A stretch of DNA of 64,000 nucleotides from an uncultured Verrucomicrobiae bacterium (GTDB taxonomy: Bacteria > Verrucomicrobiota > Verrucomicrobiia > Chthoniobacterales > JAFAMB01), in contig CAWJVG010000005.1 in the NCBI GenBank assembly GCA_963846195.1, positions 689,677-753,676 of the forward strand, given 5' to 3'. A program made the position numbers and the translations under genes. A model generated the notes under the pieces. The model worked only from the letters and a program-made list of their open reading frames with translations, had not been told where the DNA came from and made no database searches. This document shows, one piece after another, positions 21,252 to 30,569 of this stretch (the stretch's first letter is position 1; the number at the start of each line of letters is the position of its first letter).

Positions 21252-22553
21252 ATGACACGCGATCTCGATTTAGTTACCAGAAGAGCGTTCTTGCGCACTT
21301 CGTTGTTAGGTGCAGCTTTCAGTTGGACAATCCCGGTTTTTCTAGAGCGAACATTCATGACCCTGAACGCTCAAGCCGCCGACTCCGCGATTCAAACGGT
21401 AACCGGAAAGGATCATCCGATCCTCGTCGTTCTCCAACTGGCTGGAGGAAACGACGGGCTCAATACCATCATACCCTTCGAAGACGATCTCTATTACAAT
21501 TCGCGGCCAACGCTCGCCGTTCCGAAGGAGCAGGTCCTGTCGATCGACGGGTTGATTGGCTTCAATCCAAGCCTCGCTCCGCTCAAAAATGTCTATGACG
21601 CCGGAAATCTGGCGATCATCCAGGGCGTCGGCTATCCGAACCCGAACCGATCCCATTTTCGATCGACCGAGATTTGGCAGACCGCGTCGGACGCTCAGCA
21701 GAACCTGACAAAAGGATGGATAGGCCGGTACTTCGATAGTTGCTGCGCGGGCGCAGACCCAACGGTGGGTGTGGTGCTCGGCGACCAATTGCCAGAGGCT
21801 TTTAACGCCGCGAACCCAACGGGCGTCGCCATTAGCAGGCCGGGCAATCTCGGATTTGATCGCGAAAATGATCCGGATGAAGCACGTCTATTCGCGGAAT
21901 TGAACGGCCTGGAACCCGCCTCCATGTCGGGCGATTCGATCGGGAATTTGTCTGGGCCCAGCAAATCCGGCATGTCGGCGCTTGAATACTTGCAACGCAC
22001 GGCACTCGATGCGCAGGTCAGCACGGACAAAATTAGGCAAGTACTCAAGGGAACCAAACCCGACGCGGCTTATCCAAAAAGCCAACTTGGCAACTCCCTC
22101 TCACTGGTCTCGCGCCTTATTGCTGGCGGTCTTCCAACTCGGGTGTACTACGCCAGCCAGGGTGGATATGACACGCACGCCGGCCAGGTCAACACTCACA
22201 AACGATTGTTGGGCGAGTTAGCTGCTTCCCTCGCCGCTTTCTGCAATGACTTGAAAGCAAAAGGGATATTCGACCGGGTGCTCGTGATGACCTTCAGCGA
22301 GTTCGGCAGAAGGGTAACCGAGAACGCCAACGGTGGTACCGACCACGGCACGGCTGCCCCCATGTTCGTCTGCGGCGGCGGCGTCAGGTCAGGCTTATAC
22401 GGCAAGCAACCGCCGCTCAGCCACCTGGATGCCGGTGATCTTTATTACGACGTCGACTTCCGTTCCGTCTATTCAACTATCCTCTCCCAATGGATGAAGG
22501 CGCCCGCCGCGCAGGTACTTGGTCACGATTTTTCGAAACTGAACTTTGTTTGA
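21252..22553 (+). CDS. DUF1501 domain-containing protein (sulfatase/alkaline-phosphatase-like) with Tat-type signal
   Basis: 433 aa. The N-terminal TRRAFLRTSLLGAA looks like a Tat signal. GGYDTH and TFSEFGRRVTENANGGTDHG are also present. Confidence 0.85.
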   Translation: MTRDLDLVTRRAFLRTSLLGAAFSWTIPVFLERTFMTLNAQAADSAIQTVTGKDHPILVVLQLAGGNDGLNTIIPFEDDLYYNSRPTLAVPKEQVLSIDGLIGFNPSLAPLKNVYDAGNLAIIQGVGYPNPNRSHFRSTEIWQTASDAQQNLTKGWIGRYFDSCCAGADPTVGVVLGDQLPEAFNAANPTGVAISRPGNLGFDRENDPDEARLFAELNGLEPASMSGDSIGNLSGPSKSGMSALEYLQRTALDAQVSTDKIRQVLKGTKPDAAYPKSQLGNSLSLVSRLIAGGLPTRVYYASQGGYDTHAGQVNTHKRLLGELAASLAAFCNDLKAKGIFDRVLVMTFSEFGRRVTENANGGTDHGTAAPMFVCGGGVRSGLYGKQPPLSHLDAGDLYYDVDFRSVYSTILSQWMKAPAAQVLGHDFSKLNFV

Positions 22554-22621
22554 CCTTTTTTCTTGTGTTCTTTCCGTTGCTTCTTTGCCGTTCCCGGGTT
22601 TGGTCTGGACGAGACCGAAAC

Positions 22622-23404
22622 GTGAAACTCCTCCTCACGGCCGATTTTCATTACCACAAACCATGGTTTGAATGGGTTCTGCGCGTCGCCAGCCGCTACG
22701 ACCTGATTTGCATCGCGGGTGACCTTTTGGACATGTATCACCCGGACGGTGTCGTTACACAATTGATCTATGTCTATGAGTGGATGCAGATGCTGACGAA
22801 GCTGCAGATCCCAGTTGCCCTTTGTTCAGGGAATCACGATTTGCCTGGAAACCAGCCAATCCTTCTTCCCGGCGTGTCGATCCGAAAAGACAAGCTTTCG
22901 ATCTTAGGTCAGTTCGCCAAACATCGGCGCTGGCTTCATGCGCTTAAAATGAGCCACCTCATTGCAGTCGACGATGATTCCAAAATCATCCGGGCCCGTT
23001 CAGAAGAAGCACTCACCATCGTTTGCCTCCCATACGCTGCAGACGGCCATGTACGCCCTCTTGACCCAGCTGCACTTCCGTGCATGATTCTTCACCACGA
23101 ACCGCCAGCCCAGACGCTCGTCGCAGAGCCCAAGACAGGGAGCCGCGAATTCGCGTTGGTCATCGCGAGACAGCAACCCACCTGGACATTGAGCGGGCAC
23201 GTTCATTTCACAGAAGGCGCCGAGAATCATTTTGCTCAGCGAATCGGACGATCCTGGTGCTTTAACTGCCGCCAGACCCCTCCGGCAACGATCCTGCCCC
23301 CGCAACCGAACTGCATCGTGTTAGACACCAAAAGCAGGGAGGCCACCTGGTCCCACTCAGTATTTCCGGAAAAGATCGTCGAAACGAAAATCGCCCTTGA
23401 TTGA
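22622..23404 (+). CDS. metallophosphoesterase
   Basis: ORF 22490..23404 overlaps the upstream gene, so the likely start is GTG 22622 (VKLLLTADFH). It has the DxH, GDLLD and GNHD motifs. Confidence 0.75.
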   Translation: MKLLLTADFHYHKPWFEWVLRVASRYDLICIAGDLLDMYHPDGVVTQLIYVYEWMQMLTKLQIPVALCSGNHDLPGNQPILLPGVSIRKDKLSILGQFAKHRRWLHALKMSHLIAVDDDSKIIRARSEEALTIVCLPYAADGHVRPLDPAALPCMILHHEPPAQTLVAEPKTGSREFALVIARQQPTWTLSGHVHFTEGAENHFAQRIGRSWCFNCRQTPPATILPPQPNCIVLDTKSREATWSHSVFPEKIVETKIALD

Positions 23405-23469
23405 GAAGCTCCATTCGATACAAACACAGAAAGACGCCCGCGATTTCCGAATACGCCGACCCGTTGCGC

Positions 23470-24579
23470 CTATCGCGTGCTCCCTGCCAGGCCCGGCGCC
23501 TCGCCCTGGTAGCCTGTTAGCTCCATGTACCCGACGCCTTCCACTGGCTTTCCTGCGCTCCGCCCCTTCAGCCGAACGGCTCCCTCCCAGTACACCACCC
23601 CCAAGTTTAACTCCTGATCCTCCGCAGCCGGAGTTATCTCCAAATCAAGATTCAGTTTCGCGATAGTTAGTTTCCAAACCACCGGATACTTCGCTTTGCT
23701 CGCGGGGCTCACCCAATATTTCTCGGGACGCAACTGAAATTCGTCCACTGCGAGATTGGTAGTTTCGCCACCCGCCGCGATCCATTTGCCATTCGAATGC
23801 GAGTCGATGGCCCCATGCTTAAGTCGCATCTGATAAAGCATTATATCACTGCCATCAGACAATTGGATCGCAAACCAATTCCAGCCCGTTTGTTCCGGTG
23901 TCAATTGATTGGTAGCCCATTCCCTGTCGAACCAGGAACTACCTTCCACTTGATAATTTTCCCCGCCAATCTTTATCGCGCCGGACGTCTTCAATCGCGT
24001 GATCGAATAGTAGAAGGATGCGTGACCGGCACCGTCCGCCTTTTGGCTTAGCCCCGCTTCGCCCTGCAAAACCGGGGGCTTTTCGGGCGTCAACGCCAGC
24101 TCAATGGAGTAATCCTTGGCAGCCGCCTTCAACCGAAAGTTGTTGTTGTTGAAATCGAGTTCCCAATCATCGATCCAAGCCAATCTGTCGCCCTCTGCGA
24201 AGCCGGCCTCGCCGTAGGCCCCACGGCTGACACGACTATCAAAGTGGAATTTGTCAGCGCTCACGTCGGTCACAGCGAAGTGCGCGAACTTCACGTCAGT
24301 GATGATAAACCTCGATGTGACGGGTTGCCCGATCCCCGGCGGTCTGTACCCATGGCGAAAAAATGTCAACTGATAGCCAAACGCCCGGCCATCCGCCTTC
24401 TTCACGTTACCAGTGAAATACCACCATTCAGTCCGGAATTGGTAGTGCGGAAAATGATCTTGCGGAAACGTTATTTGATAGCCGGGCAGAGCAAGGGCCC
24501 ATCCCTCGCTGTTCAAAGTCTCCCCCCAAGCCTCAGCGACGAAAGATAATACAGCCAAACATAGAACGAGGCTCTTCAT
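23470..24579 (-). CDS. AttH/CrtC-like lipocalin-domain protein (secreted)
   Basis: 369 aa with a signal peptide. FPQDHFPHYQFRTEWWYFTGNV is typical of the hydroxyneurosporene-synthase/AttH family. Its start overlaps the stop of the upstream permease gene (ATGA). Confidence 0.8.
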   Translation of the reverse strand: MKSLVLCLAVLSFVAEAWGETLNSEGWALALPGYQITFPQDHFPHYQFRTEWWYFTGNVKKADGRAFGYQLTFFRHGYRPPGIGQPVTSRFIITDVKFAHFAVTDVSADKFHFDSRVSRGAYGEAGFAEGDRLAWIDDWELDFNNNNFRLKAAAKDYSIELALTPEKPPVLQGEAGLSQKADGAGHASFYYSITRLKTSGAIKIGGENYQVEGSSWFDREWATNQLTPEQTGWNWFAIQLSDGSDIMLYQMRLKHGAIDSHSNGKWIAAGGETTNLAVDEFQLRPEKYWVSPASKAKYPVVWKLTIAKLNLDLEITPAAEDQELNLGVVYWEGAVRLKGRSAGKPVEGVGYMELTGYQGEAPGLAGSTR

Positions 24580-27107
24580 GCGTCCATTCTCACGGCATCA
24601 ATAATATTCCGTCGCGCAGCCCGGGTTGCCGGCAAGAAACTCGCCACGACCGCAGCAGGCAACAACCAAATCGGCGTCCAAAGCAGTTGATCCCACGGAA
24701 TCTGCAAAGGGATGGTCCACCCAAAAAAGGCCTTGTTGATCACTTCCGTCAAAACCACCGAAAGCGCAATCCCGGTTGCCATTCCAAGCAAAACCGCCAG
24801 GACCCCGACCAACAGCGATTCCCAGATGATCAGTCCGCGAACCTGTCGGCGCGAAACTCCTACCGCGCGCAGGGTTCCGATCTCTCGCTCGCGTTCCTTA
24901 ACTAACACGGTAAAATTAAGTGCGATCCCGATCACGGCGACCAGGACCGCAATCAATCGAAGTATTTGCGTCACCGCAAATGTTTGATTGAACACCTCCA
25001 CCACCGCCTCGCGCAGTACCCGGTTCGAATACACTGCGTAGTCGCTGGCGTGAGCATAGCCGGTACGAATGGACCCGATCATCTTTTCGACATCTGTACC
25101 CCGGCGCAGATAAAGTGCGATGGAATTGACCCGGGAATCGCCCCAGATTTTTTCGAAATTGTCCCTTTGTATCATCATTATCCCGGAATCACGGCTGTAA
25201 TCGTAAAAGACACCGGCCACCTCGAACGAACGAGGGCCGAGCGGTGTCGCAATTGTCACGCGATCCCCCTGGTTCGCCTTCAAGCGATGGGAAAGGGGTT
25301 CAGAGATTGTCACTCTGCCCGGCTGCTGGAACGCCTCGTATTTCTCGGTATTTGTCCCGCCGATAAAATCCGGGATATTCCGATCCGTCCCGGTAACGAC
25401 TGCCAGAGAAGTCGGCTCACCGTTCACCGCCGCCGTCAGGTACCGGAATGTGTCGATCATCTCGACCTCCGGTCTCGACCGCAAAAACTTCACAAAATCT
25501 TCAGGTATGAAATTCTCGAACCCAACAATCTCGTTGGCAGCCGGCGCAACAAAAAGATCTGCCACGAGTCGGCGTTCCAGCCATCGATCAATCGTTTGGC
25601 GGAACGAGTAAATCATGATCGAAACACTGGCAAGCATCGCCAACGCCGATGCGAGTGCTGCGACCGTGATGGCGTGCCGGTAGAGCGACCGAACCAGATT
25701 CCGCGCGGCAAGGCGCAGGAGAAGCGCGTTACGAAAGGTCCCTCCTGCCCAGGTGCCAAACTTGTGGGTCACGAACGGCGCAAGGCAGCAAAACCCTATC
25801 AACGTGAAGAATGCGGCCGCGAACCCTGCGGTTCGATAGACGCTCAGCGCGAGTTCGCTGGCCCAGAACGCGGCGAACAGGCATCCTCCACTTAGTGCGA
25901 GCCAAATCATCCGCGGTCTTTCGCTGCGTTCGATGAGAACTCCCATGTTCAAGGCGCGCAACGGCGGCAAATTGGCGCCGGCGTTTGCCGGGATAAATGC
26001 ACCGACGAGCACCGATCCCATGCCTGCCGCCAACACCAGAGGTATCTGCCAAAAGGGAAGATAAAAATGGTCGATGCTGGTAAGCACGTAAAGATTGGTC
26101 ACCGTTTTGGAGACAGCACCGACGAGGAAATTTGACATCAGCACGCCGCCGACACAGCCAGCGATGCTCCCGATCATACCGTAGAGCGCTGCTTCCCCAA
26201 GGAACAACCATCGAACCTTTGTTCGGCTGGCGCCGAGCGCTCTGAGGATCCCCACTTCACTCCGCCTCCGCACCACCGAAGCGGTCACCGTATTGTAAAT
26301 GAGAAACGTGCCGACTAGCAGCGAGATCATGCTGAGGGCCGTAAGATTCAACTCGAACCCGGAGAGCAACTGCTCCACCTGGCCGCTGCGGGCTCCCGGT
26401 TCTTCGACCACCGCATCGGGTGGAACCAGGCGCCGGATACGCTCGCGCACCAGCTCGGGGTTGTTTGGATCGCTGATTTGAAATAGCACACCGGTCAGCT
26501 TTCCCTGCATACCAAACAGCTCCTGCGCCCATCCGATATCCATCGCCGCAAATCGCGAATCTCCATCCTTGGCCTCCAGAACGGAACTCAAGACGAGATC
26601 GATTTCGCGCTCTCCGAATTGGACGCGGATTGAGTCTCCTCGTTTCAGGTGGTGCTCGTCTGCAAATTTTCTCGCGACCGTCAGTGACCTCGGATTGCTG
26701 AACCATGCCTCGGCGTCAAATCTTTCCTCTTCCGCTTTGCCGACTTTAAAGTTCTCGAATGTTGGATTCGTAAAAGGGTCGACTCCCAAAACGTGGAGGT
26801 ATTCGCCAGGCCAATCTGGCAACGTCACGATGCGCTCCACCAACGGAGTCGCGGCCGTGATACCCTGTAATTTTTGCAGTTTTGGGAATAAACGATCGTC
26901 AAGCGTCCCGCGAACCTCGATGTTTGCCCGGCCTGCGACAACGTCGATACCAGCCCGAAACGCTGCAGTCGCACTGCGGTTCGCAATCTGCACAGCGAGA
27001 TAGGTTGATACCCCGAGAGCCACGCTCAGGATGTTGATCACCCCTAAGACCTTATGCCTCAGCGCATAGCGCACGATCTGCTGAATGAAAAGTCTCACCG
27101 CTGGCAC
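24576..27107 (-). CDS. fused ABC transporter permease with two FtsX/MacB-type modules
   Basis: 843 aa with two 4-TM FtsX-like modules and large extracytoplasmic loops. The start is GTG. No ATPase gene is adjacent. Confidence 0.85.
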   Translation of the reverse strand: MPAVRLFIQQIVRYALRHKVLGVINILSVALGVSTYLAVQIANRSATAAFRAGIDVVAGRANIEVRGTLDDRLFPKLQKLQGITAATPLVERIVTLPDWPGEYLHVLGVDPFTNPTFENFKVGKAEEERFDAEAWFSNPRSLTVARKFADEHHLKRGDSIRVQFGEREIDLVLSSVLEAKDGDSRFAAMDIGWAQELFGMQGKLTGVLFQISDPNNPELVRERIRRLVPPDAVVEEPGARSGQVEQLLSGFELNLTALSMISLLVGTFLIYNTVTASVVRRRSEVGILRALGASRTKVRWLFLGEAALYGMIGSIAGCVGGVLMSNFLVGAVSKTVTNLYVLTSIDHFYLPFWQIPLVLAAGMGSVLVGAFIPANAGANLPPLRALNMGVLIERSERPRMIWLALSGGCLFAAFWASELALSVYRTAGFAAAFFTLIGFCCLAPFVTHKFGTWAGGTFRNALLLRLAARNLVRSLYRHAITVAALASALAMLASVSIMIYSFRQTIDRWLERRLVADLFVAPAANEIVGFENFIPEDFVKFLRSRPEVEMIDTFRYLTAAVNGEPTSLAVVTGTDRNIPDFIGGTNTEKYEAFQQPGRVTISEPLSHRLKANQGDRVTIATPLGPRSFEVAGVFYDYSRDSGIMMIQRDNFEKIWGDSRVNSIALYLRRGTDVEKMIGSIRTGYAHASDYAVYSNRVLREAVVEVFNQTFAVTQILRLIAVLVAVIGIALNFTVLVKEREREIGTLRAVGVSRRQVRGLIIWESLLVGVLAVLLGMATGIALSVVLTEVINKAFFGWTIPLQIPWDQLLWTPIWLLPAAVVASFLPATRAARRNIIDAVRMDA

Positions 27108-27203
27108 ACCATAGCCCGAAATACCGCTCGCCTAAAACTTTGATAAGCTTAGCCCCGTGTAGCACAGGCACCGTTTTATTGCCTTAACGAACTTATTGAG
27201 AGG

Positions 27204-28323
27204 CTAACCAGTAAACGGAATCGGCCGGTTAGTGGCCCGGAGGTAAAGGAGGATGATTCCCAGGAGAAGAAAAGCTCCAGCCGGAGTCCAAGCGGCGACC
27301 ACGGGAGATATCCTGGATCCCTGACCGAGCGCAAGGAACACATTGCTGGACGAGAACAAGCCGATGAACAGAAACAGACCGCCAGCAATCCCGCCCAGCG
27401 CGCCCCGACGAGAAAAAGCGATACAGAGCGGACTCGCCACCAAAACGACGACCAACACATTCCATGGCAACGCAAATCGATACCACATCTGCGTCCTGAA
27501 TTCGGCGAGATTAGCTTCTGGAAAGTCGCCGTTCTCTCTCAGGTAATGCTCCAATTGCGGCACGGTCATGTATTTGCCTTTCAGGGTGGCGCTTGAAAGC
27601 CGCCATGGAGTCTCAGCTCCAGCCGCTCACCTCCTTTTGCGTGAAGAATTGTTCGCCAGTCACATTCCCCTCCGGATCGACGTACGAGATCTTTCCATTG
27701 TAAAAGACCCAGATTTTACGCGAACCGTCGTAGGTCACGTTCTGACCGTAGATTTTGGATAGAATAACCCCGCTACCATTCTGCTGGATCACCTGAACAT
27801 TTCGGAGCTGTTCGTTCTTGGCATCCAGGAGCTGAATAAACCAGATGCGAAAATCTTTCCGGTTAGGAAAAACAAGTGCGTCCAGCCGGGAGTTCTTGGC
27901 TTTGCCCTTGATAATTTCGTCGAGCATGTATGCGCTCGCCCACTGTCCCTTCGGACCGAGCTCGTAGTTCAAAACCGTGCAGCCCGCAGTCAACAGCAAT
28001 CCAACCAGAATTAACGGAAGGAGCAACCGGGGAACACTGACTCCAGCACCGAGCATCGAAACGATCTCGTTGCGGCGTGACATGCGCGTTAACACATACA
28101 GCAGCCCGAGCAAAACGCTTAAGGGGAGTTGATTGACGATGATAAACGGGATCTGGACCAGGTAGAATTGGGCGATCGGTTCGAAACCAAGGTGCGCCTC
28201 CTGAAAATCGTTCGCGTGCTCACCAAGGTCATAGACCAGCCATATGGCAAGCATTCCAAACGACGAATAGAGGAATGGAACCAGGAAATTCCTGATAAGA
28301 TATCGGTCAAATATTCGGAACAC
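27204..28323 (-). pseudogene. LptF/LptG family permease, frame broken at ~27613-27625
   Basis: The N-terminal ORF 27613..28323 reads MFRIFDRYLIRNFL...NEIVSMLGAGVS and ends ...EVSGWS*. The +1 frame continues ETPWRLSSATLKGKYMTVPQLEHYL...FSRRGALGG to 27204. Family-conserved residues lie upstream of the first ATG (27569) of the second ORF. Confidence 0.85.
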
Positions 28324-28543
28324 AGCCTCGGTAACTTTTCAAATTTTGTGTTTTGGCGGAGTCGGTCCAAAAGGGCCACGTCCGAAATCGCATGAGCGTT
28401 ATGCAGATCGTGCGAAAGACAAGGAAAGCCCGAGCATTATACCATAGTCAGAGACACTTGCGCTGGAGCGTAGCACTCTCCATGGTACTGCTCTCCCCGT
28501 TTGGAGAAAAAACCGGTAGCACTACTTTGGGCAAAGGACAACG

Positions 28544-30523
28544 ATGATCGCGTTTCGAGAAGATTTCGAACAAAGATTCTCCCGAGACATTCATGAAATG
28601 TTTGGGGCCGGCGGCCTATTGTCCAACGCCAAGAATTTTGAGTTTCGGCCGGAACAGCAACAGATGGCTGCCGCGGTGGCAGGAGCGCTCGCAGGAAATC
28701 ATCACCTCGTCGTCGAAGCCGGCACCGGAGTGGGCAAATCGCTGGCATACCTCCTGCCGGCGGTTCTCTTTGCTTTGGATCACAATCGCAAGGCCATCGT
28801 TTCGACACACACCATTAATCTCCAGGAACAATTGCTGCAAAAGGACATCCCGATTGTTCGCCGATTGCTGAATCGGCCTTTCGAGGCTGCGTTGCTAAAA
28901 GGACGGCAAAATTATCTTTGTCCGAACCGGCTCGATCGTGCTCTGCAGCTTCAAAACGATCTGTTCACCAGCTCAGAGCAGCAGGAGTTGCTCCGAATCA
29001 AGGACTGGAGCCTGAAAACAACCGAAGGGACCTTGAGCGATATCGACGTCGACCCGGACCCCTCTGTCTGGGCACAAGTTTGCAGCGAGCCGCACATCTG
29101 CACTCCAAAAACGTGTGGCGGCACCAGTCGCTGTTTTTACCAGGAAGCCCGAAAGAAGTTACTGACGGCCGACCTGATCGTAGTGAATCACACCCTCTTT
29201 TTCCTTGCCCTGGAAAGCATCGGCCTGGCCGAGGGTCGGACGTCCGGATACTTGTTTCCCAATGATTTTGCTATCTTGGACGAAGCGCACACGGTGGAGT
29301 CTGTCGCCGCGCGACAGATTGGCCTTGGCGTCTCGCAATTCGGCCTGAAACAGGCGCTCTTCCGGCTCTACAATCCGAAGTCGAAGAAGGGGCTTTTCAC
29401 CGTTCTGCGAGCTCAGGAAGCGGTTCGTGAGACTGCCGAAACAATTGATATTGTAGACCGCTTTTTCCAGGCCGTTGAAGACGCCGCAGAGTTCCGAAAA
29501 GGGCGGGAGTGCCGCGTACGCAACCCGGGGATTGTGCCCGACACCGTCACGATTGCGCTGGCACGGGTCCAAGCCGCAGTGGTGGCAGGAGTGAAACAGG
29601 CCGGGGATGAAAAGCTTAAGTCTGAACTCCAGGATCTGGGTCGGCGGATCCGCGAAGCGCGACGCGGAGTAGTCGACTTTCTGCAGCAGACTCCAGAGAA
29701 CCATGTGTACTGGGTCGAACGAACGGGCAAGGCTGCGCAGAACCTGACGTTGCACGCAGCGCCGATCGATATCTCCTCGGTTCTGAACAGGATGTTATTT
29801 CCGGAGGATCGAATCTGTTTGATGACGAGCGCGACACTTTCCGTCGGCCAGGACGACCTGGCTTATTTCCGCAGCCGAGTCGGTGCTTTCGACGTCCAGG
29901 GTCTGCAGGTCGGCAGCCCATTCGACTACGAAAAGCAAATGCGCCTTTACGTTGCGAAAAAAATGCCGGATCCCCGCGATTCCCAGTATGAGGATGCCCT
30001 CGAGAAATGGATAGCCTACTTTGTGAACAAAACGAACGGCCGTGCCTTTGTCCTCTTCACAAGTTACAAAAGCATGATGAGCCTGGCACAGCGCATGGAG
30101 CCAGAGTTGGGTCGGGCTTACACTTTCATGGTCCAGGGTCAAGGATCATCGCGCAGTCGTATGCTGGAGCGATTTAAGAAGTCCGCAAACGGCGTGTTGT
30201 TCGGTACCGACAGTTTCTGGACCGGGGTCGATGTCCCTGGAGAAGCTCTTTCGAACGTCATCATCACCCGGCTCCCTTTTGCGGTCCCTGATCATCCGCT
30301 GATCGAGGCTAAGCTCGAATATATTGAAGCCAACGGCGGGGATCCGTTCACGGAATATTCGCTTCCTGAGGCGATTCTGAAATTGCGACAGGGCGTCGGC
30401 CGCCTGATCCGAACAAAGACCGACGAGGGGATCATTGTTATCCTGGACAATCGTATTTTGAGCAAGAGCTACGGCAAAAGCTTTTTGCAAGCGCTTCCTC
30501 AGTGCCCGATGGAGATGGTGTGA
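28544..30523 (+). CDS. DinG/Rad3-like ATP-dependent DNA helicase
   Basis: 659 aa. It has the Walker A motif AGTGVGKS, a DEAH box (ILDEAHTVE), and the C-terminal motifs TDSFWTGVDVPGEAL and RQGVGRLIR. Confidence 0.88.
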   Translation: MIAFREDFEQRFSRDIHEMFGAGGLLSNAKNFEFRPEQQQMAAAVAGALAGNHHLVVEAGTGVGKSLAYLLPAVLFALDHNRKAIVSTHTINLQEQLLQKDIPIVRRLLNRPFEAALLKGRQNYLCPNRLDRALQLQNDLFTSSEQQELLRIKDWSLKTTEGTLSDIDVDPDPSVWAQVCSEPHICTPKTCGGTSRCFYQEARKKLLTADLIVVNHTLFFLALESIGLAEGRTSGYLFPNDFAILDEAHTVESVAARQIGLGVSQFGLKQALFRLYNPKSKKGLFTVLRAQEAVRETAETIDIVDRFFQAVEDAAEFRKGRECRVRNPGIVPDTVTIALARVQAAVVAGVKQAGDEKLKSELQDLGRRIREARRGVVDFLQQTPENHVYWVERTGKAAQNLTLHAAPIDISSVLNRMLFPEDRICLMTSATLSVGQDDLAYFRSRVGAFDVQGLQVGSPFDYEKQMRLYVAKKMPDPRDSQYEDALEKWIAYFVNKTNGRAFVLFTSYKSMMSLAQRMEPELGRAYTFMVQGQGSSRSRMLERFKKSANGVLFGTDSFWTGVDVPGEALSNVIITRLPFAVPDHPLIEAKLEYIEANGGDPFTEYSLPEAILKLRQGVGRLIRTKTDEGIIVILDNRILSKSYGKSFLQALPQCPMEMV

Positions 30524-30569
30524 TGCCTTCAGCAAAATGCATTTCATTCGCGGATGGGACGCTTAGCGT

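Noticed and set aside
24966-25895. 309-aa plus-strand ORF inside the FtsX permease gene, and a 271-aa alternative-frame ORF at 43453-44268 inside the MFS gene
   Set aside because: Both overlap well-supported membrane-protein genes and translate to Arg/Pro-rich nonsense-like sequence.
27569-27625. Stop-codon reassignment (TGA as a sense codon) as an explanation for the split genes
   Set aside because: Reading through the TGA codons in frame, in lptF/G and in mtgA, gives unrelated sequence followed by further stops. The conserved continuation is always in a shifted frame.
28468-28495. CIRCE-like half-site GTAGCACTC (also GAGTGCTAC at 36565-36573)
   Set aside because: Each resembles one arm of TTAGCACTC-N9-GAGTGCTAA. 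The partner arm 9 nt away is absent at both loci, and neither precedes a chaperone gene.
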